From: Candidatus Kuenenia stuttgartensis | GTDB taxonomy: Bacteria > Planctomycetota > Brocadiia > Brocadiales > Brocadiaceae | Direction of reading: 5' to 3' | DNA length: 32,000 nt | NCBI RefSeq assembly: GCF_900232105.1 | Contig: NZ_LT934425.1 | Span: forward strand, 4,110,001-4,142,000 | Shown: positions 9,817 through 17,613 of the stretch, piece by piece | Numbering within the stretch: the stretch's first letter is position 1 | Layout of the letters: each line of letters begins with the position of its first letter | Program-made: the position numbers and the translations under genes | Notes under the pieces: generated by a model | Databases searched by the model: none | The model's input: only the letters and a program-made list of their open reading frames with translations | What the model was told of the DNA's origin: nothing

Positions 9817-11083
9817 TTAAATCTTCATACGTTTCCCTTTTTCTTATAACAATATATTTGTCTCTATCCACAAGAATCTCGCATGAACGCGGACGGGAAT
9901 TATAGCTGGAACTCATGGTAAACCCATACGCGCCAGCGCTAAATATTGCCAGCAAATCTCCCTCATTGACCGGTGGAATCGCCCTGTCTTTCGCAAAAAC
10001 ATCGCTGCTTTCACATACAGGGCCTACAATATCTACCAAATCCATCCCTTGTTTTGCCACACTTGTGTCAGGAGTTTCAACATCAGGCATCGCAACGCTG
10101 GTGTTTACCGGCCATATCCTGTGAAACGCATCATAAAGAGCGGGACGTAACAAATCATTCATAGCCGCATCGCAAATAACAAATTTTTTGCCATGCGAGT
10201 TTTGTTTATTATAAATAACACTTGTTACTAAAATCCCCGAATTACCTGTAATAAACCGCCCGGGTTCCATGATTACCCGACACTTCATCTCTTTAGCAAA
10301 TGGCAGTATTTGGGTGGAATAATCCTTTGGCTCTATTACTTTTTCCCCCGTATATGAAATACAATATCCCCCCCCTATATTTAAATATTGTATATTGATG
10401 CCGGCATTACGACATTTCTCCATAAACATGGTAATTTTTTTTAAGGCATTCACATAAGGGTCTGCTGAATATATCGGCGAACCTAAATGTACATGAATTC
10501 CGCAAATAGTAACATTTGTATATGCCTTCGCTTTTTCAATAATTGTTTCCGCAACAATCAGGTCAATGCCAAATTTGTTTTCCTTTTTCCCCGTCGTGGT
10601 TTTTGCATGAGTCTTGGCGTCAATATCGGGATTAATGCGCAAAGCAACTTTTGCCGTTTTACCCGCCCTGCATGCCGCTGCATTTATATGTTCTATCTCT
10701 GCAATTGATTCAACATTAAACATAAAAATATCATTTTCCAGGGCGTATTGTATTTCTTTATCCGTTTTCCCTACTCCGGCAAACACAATCTTTGAGGGCT
10801 TTCCGCCTGCCTTAAGCGCCCGAAACAGCTCGCCGCCTGAAACTACATCAAAACCGGACCCTTCATCGGCTAATATTTTGCAAACCGAAAGATTTGAATT
10901 CGACTTCACCGAAAAACAAATGGTCGCGTCAACCTCCTGAAATGCGGTTTTTAATTCATTAAACCTTGTGAGAATTGCATTTTTGCTGTAAATATAAACC
11001 GGCGTACCTGTCTCTGAAACAATATCTTTAATCTTTACCCGCTCACAATAGAGGGTATTCCCATCATAATGAAAAGCATCCAT
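9794..11083 (-). CDS. lysA: Diaminopimelate decarboxylase
   Basis: TPVYIYSKNAI, CFSVKSNSNLSVCKIL (PLP Lys), DVVSGGELFRALKAG, HVHLGSP, GGGYCISY, VGPVCESSDVFAKDR, AGAYGFTMSSSYNSRPR. Confidence 0.95.
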   Translation of the reverse strand: MDAFHYDGNTLYCERVKIKDIVSETGTPVYIYSKNAILTRFNELKTAFQEVDATICFSVKSNSNLSVCKILADEGSGFDVVSGGELFRALKAGGKPSKIVFAGVGKTDKEIQYALENDIFMFNVESIAEIEHINAAACRAGKTAKVALRINPDIDAKTHAKTTTGKKENKFGIDLIVAETIIEKAKAYTNVTICGIHVHLGSPIYSADPYVNALKKITMFMEKCRNAGINIQYLNIGGGYCISYTGEKVIEPKDYSTQILPFAKEMKCRVIMEPGRFITGNSGILVTSVIYNKQNSHGKKFVICDAAMNDLLRPALYDAFHRIWPVNTSVAMPDVETPDTSVAKQGMDLVDIVGPVCESSDVFAKDRAIPPVNEGDLLAIFSAGAYGFTMSSSYNSRPRSCEILVDRDKYIVIRKRETYEDLIAGEELV

Positions 11084-11088
11084 AAATA

Positions 11089-12471
11089 TTATCCCTTACT
11101 CAATTTTCTTTCCCAGTGTGCAAGACGGTTTTTCACAAGACGCGGCGCTGAAGAACCTGAGCTCTTGTAGTTCATAACACAATTCTCTACCCCAATCACC
11201 TGAAATACATCTTTCGTAATAAGGTGAGAATGACGTTTCAATGTTTCTAAATCTAAATCTTTTATCTTCCGGTTTAGCCGAACACATTCCCTCACAATAT
11301 TCCCGACAATCTCATGCGCCTTGCGAAATGGCACATCTAGTTTTACCAGATATTCAGCGAGCGCCGTTGCGTCACTGAAACCATTTTCACATGCCAGTTT
11401 CATTCTTTCGCTGTTAAAACGAGTATTTGCAATAAGCTCAGCAAATATATTCAACATAGAATGAACCGTCTCCGCAGCGTCAAAAACGGCAACCTTGTCT
11501 TCCTGCATATCCCGGTTATAACTTAAAGGCAATCCCTTAAACAACGTTAGCAATGTAGTCAAATGGCTGTATACGCGCCCACACTTTCCTCTGATAAGCT
11601 CCAGCACATCAGGATTCTTCTTCTGCGGCATTATGCTCGAACCGGTACAATAAGCGTCGCTAATATCAATAAAACTAAATTCGTCATTACACCAAATTAT
11701 CCACTCTTCACACAGCCTTGACAAATGCATTGAGATCAAAGAGAGGGCAAATACATATTCCATACAAAAATCCCGGTCGCTTACCGCGTCAATGCTATTT
11801 TGGCAAATACTGCCGAAGTTAAGCAATTTTGCAGTTATCATCGGATCGGTCGGCAACGTTGTACCCGCAAGGGCGCACGCTCCTAAAGGGGATTCATTAA
11901 GCCTTTTTGCACAATCGGCAAGCCTCTTTTCATCTCTTTCAAACATCTCTACATATGCCAGTAAATAATGCGACAAAAGTATTGGCTGGGCGTGTTGCAT
12001 ATGGGTAAAGCCAGGCATTATTGCTCCAAAATACTCCTTGCCCTTTTTCACCAGCCCTTGTTGTACAAGGGTTAAGTAGTTGCTCGTAATCAATATTTGC
12101 TCACGCACCCACAATCTCAGATCGAGGGCGACCTGATCATTTCTGCTCCTTGCCGTATGTAGTTTTTTCGCCGGTTCTCCGATACGTTCTATCAAAGCCG
12201 ATTCGATATTCATGTGAATGTCTTCGAGATTTTTTTTAAATTTAAATGTACCGGCATTCATTTCCGCCAAAATAATCTCCAGACCTTTTATAATCTCCTT
12301 TTTTTCCTTTTCGGTAATGATCTTGCGCTGCGCAAGCATGGTTGCATGTGCAATGCTTCCCTCAATATCAAACTTATAAAGACGCCAATCGAAGGAAATT
12401 GATTCGGTGAAGGACTCTACAGACGCCTTTGTCTGTTCGGTAAATCTTCCACCCCAAAGTTTCTTCTTCAT
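11089..12471 (-). CDS. argH: Argininosuccinate lyase
   Basis: KLWGGRFTEQ, ARSRNDQVALDLRLW, THMQHAQPILLSHYLLAY, lyase signature GSSIMPQKKNPDVLELIRGK. Confidence 0.96.
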   Translation of the reverse strand: MKKKLWGGRFTEQTKASVESFTESISFDWRLYKFDIEGSIAHATMLAQRKIITEKEKKEIIKGLEIILAEMNAGTFKFKKNLEDIHMNIESALIERIGEPAKKLHTARSRNDQVALDLRLWVREQILITSNYLTLVQQGLVKKGKEYFGAIMPGFTHMQHAQPILLSHYLLAYVEMFERDEKRLADCAKRLNESPLGACALAGTTLPTDPMITAKLLNFGSICQNSIDAVSDRDFCMEYVFALSLISMHLSRLCEEWIIWCNDEFSFIDISDAYCTGSSIMPQKKNPDVLELIRGKCGRVYSHLTTLLTLFKGLPLSYNRDMQEDKVAVFDAAETVHSMLNIFAELIANTRFNSERMKLACENGFSDATALAEYLVKLDVPFRKAHEIVGNIVRECVRLNRKIKDLDLETLKRHSHLITKDVFQVIGVENCVMNYKSSGSSAPRLVKNRLAHWERKLSKG

Positions 12472-12624
12472 AAATTTATACTTTCACTATTAAAATTTTT
12501 TTAAACATGTTGCCTTTATAAAACGACAATTCACACACAGAACGATATTACCCCCAAACGTCAAATACAATGCCTGAAAGAAGAACACACTCGGGCTATA
12601 GAAAAGAAAAGGGAGTACTATAGC

Positions 12625-12762
12625 TCAATACCTGCCCCTAGTCAACACAATAACATTATCGCACACGGCAACATCAAAGTCATAATGCGAAGCAACCTGA
12701 GCAAGGATGTGAGCCAAATATTTGCGCTGTCCATGCCAGCTCAGGGAGTATTCACGATTCAT
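12625..12762 (-). CDS. Hypothetical 45-aa ORF, stop-start coupled to ankyrin gene
   Basis: ATG at 12762 overlaps the ankyrin gene stop (TAATG). Translation MNREYSLSWHGQRKYLAHILAQVASHYDFDVAVCDNVIVLTRGRY. No RBS or homology assessed. Confidence 0.35.
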   Translation of the reverse strand: MNREYSLSWHGQRKYLAHILAQVASHYDFDVAVCDNVIVLTRGRY

Positions 12763-13097
12763 TATTCGTCTTGTTTTTTCCCCGGATGGTTGCCTTTTCC
12801 TTCCAGAATGTTTACTACTGCAAGATGATTCCTCTTTTTTGCGATATCAAGGGGAGTGTCCCCGTTTTTTGCCCTGGCATGAATATCCGCGCCGTAAGAG
12901 ATAAGCGTCTTTACAATAGCTTTTTGTCCCTCATGTGCTGCCAGATGAAGGGCGGTATAATTGTTTTGGTACGTAGCGGTTACTAATGAAGGATTTGTCT
13001 TGAGAAGATTTTTTACTGTAATTACGTTCCTTGCTTCAATTTCAATTTGAAGTTTTGTTTTCTGTAATTTGTTTTGAAATCCTGAAAAAATACCCAT
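12762..13097 (-). CDS. Small ankyrin-repeat protein
   Basis: NYTALHLAAHEGQKAIVKTLISYGADIHARAKNGDTPLDIAKKRNHLAVVNILE: about two ankyrin repeats. Confidence 0.8.
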   Translation of the reverse strand: MGIFSGFQNKLQKTKLQIEIEARNVITVKNLLKTNPSLVTATYQNNYTALHLAAHEGQKAIVKTLISYGADIHARAKNGDTPLDIAKKRNHLAVVNILEGKGNHPGKKQDE

Positions 13098-13235
13098 TTT
13101 CTTTCACAATCGAGAAATTTTCAAAAGAAGTGATAAATCCACAATTTATTAAGTACACTTTTAGCAACAACTTAAACCCTGTGAACGGTTACAATAATTT
13201 TTACAAAAAGGAAGCGAGAGCTTCCAATACAATTA

Positions 13236-13281
13236 CGTTCCCAAGTAGCGGCAAGGCATGCCTTGCCGCTACTTGGGAACG
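13236..13281. repeat. Perfect 46-bp palindrome
   Basis: cgttcccaagtagcggcaaggca / tgccttgccgctacttgggaacg: 23-nt arms, no loop. Confidence 0.95.
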
Positions 13282-13353
13282 AGCATTTTTACTTTTTCAA
13301 AAAACTACAGTGTTACTCTTTTTCAGAGATTGAGTGTCTTGTTAAAGGATTTT

Positions 13354-13749
13354 TTACATATGACGTTCAGCATATATATCAAGTAAATGACGAATCATTT
13401 TCTGGTATTGAGTTTTATGTTTTTTTGCCTCTTTTTTGAAAAAATCAACGCTGGTCTTACTCAGTGTAATAGTAACTTTGATATTATCTTCTTTAAATAC
13501 TAGTACATCGTTTCGTTAAAATGTGTACGTAAAAAAATGTCATTGCGAGGAGTGGAGCGACGAAGCAATCTCTTGTTCCCAAAAGACTTAAGATTGCTTC
13601 GCTGTCGCTCGCAATGACGGTATCAATGTAGATATTTTAATGAAACGTTATCCTAGTTCCTCCGGAGATGGTAAGAAATCGTCGATAATACGAATTTCTC
13701 CCAATGGCTCATCAGTATATTTAATTTTATTTTTTGTTTTCGTTGTCAT
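13354..13749 (-). pseudogene. BrnA-like antitoxin gene interrupted by a 148-bp MITE
   Basis: N-terminal part ...EIRIIDDFLPSPEEL (13648..13749) rejoins in frame with VFKEDNIKVTITLSKTSVDFFKKEAKKHKTQYQKMIRHLLDIYAERHM* after removing 148 bp plus one 5-bp CTAGT duplicate. The remaining 243 nt is exactly 81 codons. Confidence 0.85.
13505..13652. mobile_element. MITE-like palindromic element, 148 bp, with 5-bp target-site duplication CTAGT
   Basis: Outer inverted arms (+) ACATCGTTTCGTTAAAATGTGTACGT and revcomp of right end GATAACGTTTCATTAAAATATCTACA; inner inverted repeat gtcattgcgag...ctcgcaatgac; CTAGT at 13500-13504 and 13653-13657. Confidence 0.85.
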
Positions 13750-14013
13750 AAATTTTTCTCCCTTTGCGCCAATATCCGGCACCAATGATACGTATTTTGC
13801 AACTACGATATGTAAATCGTACTGTGATGAAACCTTCTCCAACTTTTCCAAAACAATAATATCTTTTTTCGTCATGGCTGTGGGTTATGTCTTCTGCAAT
13901 TATACGATGAGGATCTAAAAATGCATGTTGTGCAAGTTCGAATGAAAGACCATGCCTTTTTTGATTTTCCGGGTTTTTGCTTTCATCCCATTCGAACGTT
14001 ACCTTAAATACAC
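13727..14013 (-). pseudogene. BrnT family toxin, frameshifted near its start (absent from ORF track)
   Basis: Manual translation: VTFEWDESKNPENQKRHGLSFELAQHAFLDPHRIIAEDITHSHDEKRYYCFGKVGEGFITVRFTYRSCKIRIIGAGYWRKGRKIYDNENKK*. No ATG/GTG/TTG in frame after the upstream stop. GTG at 14011-14013 preceded by GAGGAG restores MYLKVTFEWDESKN if one nt is added. Confidence 0.82.
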
Positions 14014-14047
14014 CCGCTTCTCCTCAAACGACATATTCTGTAACACT

Positions 14048-14494
14048 TTAGTTTTTCGAAAATTCCAATAATAGCGCTGTTTTCCGCACGATGAGGGACG
14101 ACGAATGATGGACGAGAGACGACGGACATCCTTCGTCTTTCGTCTCTCGCTCTCCGGAATTCTGGCACATCATCCGCAAAAAGGAACTTGATAACAGAGG
14201 TATCAAGGTGATCCCCCATCTATCTGTGACCCTTATTTGTAAAATATCTCCTCTGCCCCTGACGGATTTAATCTCAATGGTTTTGTCTTTAATATTGACT
14301 TCATACACAATTCTGATATTGCCCATTCGATATCTAAGTTTCCCTTCAAGTTCACCGTATAGTTTCTTGATATGCTGTCCGAAAAGCGGTTCTCTACTGA
14401 GGTCGTCTATGCATTTATTTAATCTTCGCTTAGTACCTTTATCCTGTTTTTTATAATATTTTCCTGCTTCATGCGAAATGAGGGCTTCATACAT
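14048..14494 (-). CDS. RelE/ParE-superfamily toxin with atypical C-terminal extension
   Basis: MYEALISHEAGKYYKKQDKGTKRRLNKCIDDLSREPLFGQHIKKLYGELEGKLRYRMGNIRIVYEVNIKDKTIEIKSVRGRGDI is RelE-like. The ~60 aa that follow look like fused non-homologous sequence. Confidence 0.78.
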   Translation of the reverse strand: MYEALISHEAGKYYKKQDKGTKRRLNKCIDDLSREPLFGQHIKKLYGELEGKLRYRMGNIRIVYEVNIKDKTIEIKSVRGRGDILQIRVTDRWGITLIPLLSSSFLRMMCQNSGERETKDEGCPSSLVHHSSSLIVRKTALLLEFSKN

Positions 14495-14759
14495 TCTCTT
14501 TTACCTCAGACCACTTTTTAAATCGGCCTGCTTTAAAATCCTCATCACCTCTCATAATACTTTTAAGTAAATCCTTATCTTTGAGAATTTCCTTTGTAAC
14601 TTCGATTTCTTCTTTAACTTTAAGATAGGCAATGAAATCTGCCACTTCTTTTTTACGTTCTGTGGATAGTTTTTTAAAATCAGTAAATAACTGATCTTCG
14701 TTTATCACAATTGATTTACGCATAATTCCCTCCCTTATGATTACTTTATTTTCTATCAA
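14487..14759 (-). CDS. Antitoxin partner of RelE/ParE toxin
   Basis: MRKSIVINEDQLFTDFKKLSTERKKEVADFIAYLKVKEEIE...: small acidic/coiled protein immediately upstream of and overlapping the toxin start. Confidence 0.7.
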   Translation of the reverse strand: MIENKVIIREGIMRKSIVINEDQLFTDFKKLSTERKKEVADFIAYLKVKEEIEVTKEILKDKDLLKSIMRGDEDFKAGRFKKWSEVKENV

Positions 14760-14817
14760 TCTTGCTAAACTCGAAAATTCAAAATTAAGTGCTGATTATA
14801 CAAGTGCTTATGAATTT

Positions 14818-15135
14818 TCATCGTTTTCGGGTGTCACAAGTGCGACATGACGACTGTTTGCTCATCACATTTTCATAAGAAACTGTCTCGAATTTGCCTG
14901 TCTTGTATGCCTGACAGCGATTCCTTGCTTCTTCAGCCCAGATACGGTCGATTTCCGGGTCTGGGCTATCAATCTGGAGGAATGAAATCAAATCTTTATC
15001 AATTACATATTTGTCAATGGTAAAGATTCGACCCCCTTCGCGCTCTCTTTTTTTCTCTCTTGTGCAAGATTCAGGTATTAAATTCAACGGGTTTTGCTCC
15101 ATGATGAATAGTAAGAACCTCAACTTCCTCAGCAA
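14818..15135 (-). pseudogene. Chimeric ORF carrying the C-terminal remnant of an addiction-module antitoxin
   Basis: C-terminal PDPEIDRIWAEEARNRCQAYKTGKFETVSYENVMSK nearly duplicates the intact antitoxin at 15913..16134; the N-terminal part is translated from the dispersed ~50-bp repeat. Confidence 0.75.
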
Positions 15136-15360
15136 CTATACGATAAATAATTCTGTAGTTACCTAATAAATTTCCTTAATATCTTCACGATTTATTTCGG
15201 GAACAACTCTGCCTGATTTTGGAAAGAGTTCAAGACGATCTGTTGCCTCAAATGCTCTAATTGCAAACAACTTTGCATATTGAATAGAGTCACGCGCAAT
15301 AAAGAGACAAATAGAGTCCAAATCATCTAAAGCTTGATCTGTCCATGTTACTTTAACCAT
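15071..15360 (-). pseudogene. ParE-family toxin with a single-nt frameshift
   Basis: Frame 1: MVKVTWTDQALDDLDSICLFIARDSIQYAKLFAIRAFEATDRLELFPKSGRVVPEINREDIKEI. Next frame: LGNYRIIYRIVAEEVEVLTIHHGAKPVEFNT*. The join is the canonical ParE order; 290 nt is one nt short of 97 codons. Confidence 0.88.
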
Positions 15361-15530
15361 TTTTCCATTCTCTTTTTTGCTTCCTCATGAGAAATTTTTT
15401 GCCCTGAATCAGCTTGTTTAATACCTCTATCTACTTTATAAATGAGATACAATTTTTCCATAGCGTCTTCAATAGAAGCATCTTGTGGAAGATCTTGAAT
15501 TGCTTTAAGTACTTGTTCTTTTGGAATCAT
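15348..15530 (-). CDS. Antitoxin of the ParE pair
   Basis: MIPKEQVLKAIQDLPQDASIEDAMEKLYLIYKVDRGIKQADSGQKISHEEAKKRMEKWLK; overlaps the toxin start. Confidence 0.75.
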   Translation of the reverse strand: MIPKEQVLKAIQDLPQDASIEDAMEKLYLIYKVDRGIKQADSGQKISHEEAKKRMEKWLK

Positions 15531-15610
15531 AATTGTTCCTCCTGAATTGTTGTTTATAATAGCATATTACATAATGATCTTTAAGATGTGATCCTTTCGC
15601 TCTCTACAAC

Positions 15611-15916
15611 TTATTTACCTTCGTTAAGTATTCTATTAATCCAATATCTCGGCTCACGATGGAGATGTGAAACGGCCACAACTATAATTGTATCGGCGCC
15701 AACACCATAAATAAGTCCATATGGAAATCTTGAAAGCAGGCAGCGCCTGAGATTTGGCTCAATTGCTGGACATGACAATGGATAACTAACTATCCTTCGA
15801 ACAGCCCTGTCTAAATCATCAAGAAATTGTGTACCCAGACCGAAAGATTGGGAATCATACCATAAAACTGCATCGTCAACCTCTGCTTGTGCTGGTTTTA
15901 GAAAGCGAATTTTCAT
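15611..15916 (-). CDS. RelE/ParE family toxin
   Basis: KPAQAEVDDAVLWYDSQSFGLGTQFLDDLDRAVRRIVSYPLSCPAIEPNLRRCLLSRFPYGLIYGVGADTIIVVAVSHLHREPRYW. Confidence 0.85.
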   Translation of the reverse strand: MKIRFLKPAQAEVDDAVLWYDSQSFGLGTQFLDDLDRAVRRIVSYPLSCPAIEPNLRRCLLSRFPYGLIYGVGADTIIVVAVSHLHREPRYWINRILNEGK

Positions 15917-16134
15917 CTGGCTCTATGTTTGCTCATCACATTTTCATAAGAAACTGTCTCTAATTTGCCTGCCTTGTACGCCTGCCAGCGATTCCTTGCT
16001 TCTTCAGCCCAGATACGGTCGATTTCCGGGTCTGGTCTGTCAAGCTGCGTTAGGATTGAATCGACAAGTTTAAGCTTCTCAATATCCGACAAAGACCTTA
16101 TTTTCGCCTCAAGCTCTTTGTTAATCGTTGCCAT
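15913..16134 (-). CDS. Addiction module antitoxin
   Basis: MATINKELEAKIRSLSDIEKLKLVDSILTQLDRPDPEIDRIWAEEARNRWQAYKAGKLETVSYENVMSK; 4-nt overlap with toxin. Confidence 0.85.
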   Translation of the reverse strand: MATINKELEAKIRSLSDIEKLKLVDSILTQLDRPDPEIDRIWAEEARNRWQAYKAGKLETVSYENVMSKHRAR

Positions 16135-16222
16135 ACTCTTTCTCCTTTCTTATACCTTTTATTACAAACTTATTTAGGGATTGTAAAATAATAAACTTTA
16201 CAACTTGTATATCAAGAGGGAT

Positions 16223-16274
16223 GGGATCAAATCTTTATCAATTACATATTTGTCAATGGTAAAGATTCGACCCC
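16223..16274. repeat. Type copy of a ~50-bp dispersed imperfect palindrome
   Basis: GGGATCAAATCTTTATCAATTACATATTTGTCAATGGTAAAGATTCGACCCC. Other copies: 14987-15035, 17225-17278, 19901-19951, 21671-21754 (with insertion); half copies 18059-18081, 20731-20755. Confidence 0.88.
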
Positions 16275-16290
16275 TTCGCGCTCTCTTAAG

Positions 16291-16380
16291 TTAAGCTACC
16301 AGCCAGAAAAGTCCCCCTTAGAAAAGGGGGATAAAGGGGGTTGTTTTCAAATAATCCTTAACTTAATGACATTGGATTGT
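16291..16380 (+). repeat. Dispersed repeat containing GTCCCCCTTAGAAAAGGGGGATAAAGGGGGTTGT
   Basis: Near-identical inverted copy at 27064..27152. Confidence 0.8.
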
Positions 16381-16611
16381 AAATCTGAACCCGCTCAGGT
16401 GTCTGAAGAGGTCACAAAATAAGAATGAAAATTTACCAAATTAAGTATGGTGTCCCCTGAAGCAACCAAGATCACAAGGTAGCCCTGCTACTCATTCTCA
16501 TCAGTTAACATCTGGTGTGGTATTTTTCTCATGTTATTTGTAGTTTTGGGGGACGCCTTTACAGATTGTCTGAGAATTCATTTTTCGCAATTTTTCAATA
16601 ATAAGTCCTTT

Positions 16612-16878
16612 TTAAATTGTCTCAAATACTTCGACTCTTACATCATATCCGAGTCCGTGCAGGTAATCATAGCAATCGTCCCATGTTAGGCCAAATTCAC
16701 GTACATCTGCGAGCCCTATCCGCGCAAAGGTATCTCTTAAAAGTTCAAAATACCCATTTTCAAAATCGGCATCTTTCATCATCATTTCTTCTGCCCAACT
16801 TGCGAGACTTGTTAACTCCATCTCCCTGTTAAGATACTTTATAAGCATACCGGCGAGCATCTTTCTTGATATAATCAT
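16612..16878 (-). CDS. Conserved hypothetical, second gene of duplicated pair (copy A)
   Basis: Duplicated almost identically at 21062..21328; start overlaps (ATGA) the end of the frame-corrected upstream gene. Confidence 0.65.
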   Translation of the reverse strand: MIISRKMLAGMLIKYLNREMELTSLASWAEEMMMKDADFENGYFELLRDTFARIGLADVREFGLTWDDCYDYLHGLGYDVRVEVFETI

Positions 16879-17134
16879 TGTTTTTCATCCCCCATTCTTT
16901 TATGACCCTTATCCACAGGATATTTTTCATGGATTTCAATCAATTTTCCATTACTATCATAAATTTCCTGATAAGATTTTTGGTTTCTTCCCTGTCATCT
17001 ACTTCTTTCACATACCTTGCTTTCCACCCATGCCTTCCTTTTATCTCCAACCAATATTTTCTGCCCCCGTCGCTTAATTTTTCACAATTAAGGAATTTTC
17101 TTTCATTAAGCAGCCTTTTACCTTTGATATCCAT
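16875..17134 (-). pseudogene. Small hypothetical gene (copy A), frameshifted at an A-run
   Basis: MDIKGKRLLNERKFLNCEKLSDGGRKYWLEIKGRHGWKARYVKEVDDREETK then -1 frame SYQEIYDSNGKLIEIHEKYPVDKGHKRMGDEKQ*. The full reading ends in an ATGA overlap with the next gene. Confidence 0.7.
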
Positions 17135-17292
17135 ATACCCCCAATAAGTCTGAATTTCGATTTATATTATTGTAAAAACAAAAAGCGATGAAAAAATTGT
17201 TTTTTTTCTCCGGAAGAGGGATGTGAATTATCAAATCTTTATCAATTACATATTTGTCAATGGTAAAGATTCGATCCCATCCGGCTTCAAGG

Positions 17293-17613
17293 TTAGGGTT
17301 TGTGCGGTTCTCTGTCTTGAAGTGTTAATCGGATAGAATGGGGATCACGCGCACAATGAAAGAGCCAAAACACGATTATATGGTTGTCTTCTATCAGGTA
17401 GTAAATTGCATACGGAAATCTTCTGAGTAAACGACGGTGAAATTTTCTATAAATCTTCGGGTAAAGAAGTGGCTTCCGAAGAATCTCACCAACACCCGCA
17501 TAAAATACCCTCAGGAAATCTTCGCCAAGTCCGGATGACTTCGCTTCATACCATAAATAACCACCAAAAACATCTTCCTCAATTTCGGGAAGGAAACGCA
17601 GTTCTTATATCAT
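17293..17613 (-). pseudogene. ParE/RelE family toxin with in-frame TAA at codon 3 (copy B)
   Basis: Translation from ATG 17613: MI*ELRFLPEIEEDVFGGYLWYEAKSSGLGEDFLRVFYAGVGEILRKPLLYPKIYRKFHRRLLRRFPYAIYYLIEDNHIIVFWLFHCARDPHSIRLTLQDREPHKP*. ATGA overlap with the antitoxin. Confidence 0.85.

Larger units (their letters stand above)
16381..17262 (+). repeat. Segmental duplication block A (partner 20821..21680)
   Basis: Near-identical sequence from AAATCTGAACCCGCTCAGGTGTCTGAAG through ...GAAGAGGGATGTGAATTATCAAATC in both positions. Confidence 0.9.

Noticed and set aside
7220-10940. Other antisense or shifted ORFs (7220..7531, 7568..8032, 8066..8257, 8314..8718, 8585..8860, 9174..9485, 9514..9849, 9915..10124, 9973..10164, 10487..10708, 10614..10940)
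   Set aside because: Overlap CysM-like, DsrE, sulfite reductase, CysG-like and lysA genes; no independent motifs.
13651-13749. The short ORF MTTKTKNKIKYTDEPLGEIRIIDDFLPSPEELG as a complete micro-protein antitoxin
   Set aside because: The downstream half of the antitoxin is recovered exactly after removing the MITE and one TSD, so the apparent short product is an insertion artefact.
14004-14219. 71-aa ORF MGDHLDTSVIKFLFADDVPEF...
   Set aside because: Overlaps the aberrant 3' extension of the RelE-like gene, low-complexity Arg-rich, no recognisable family.
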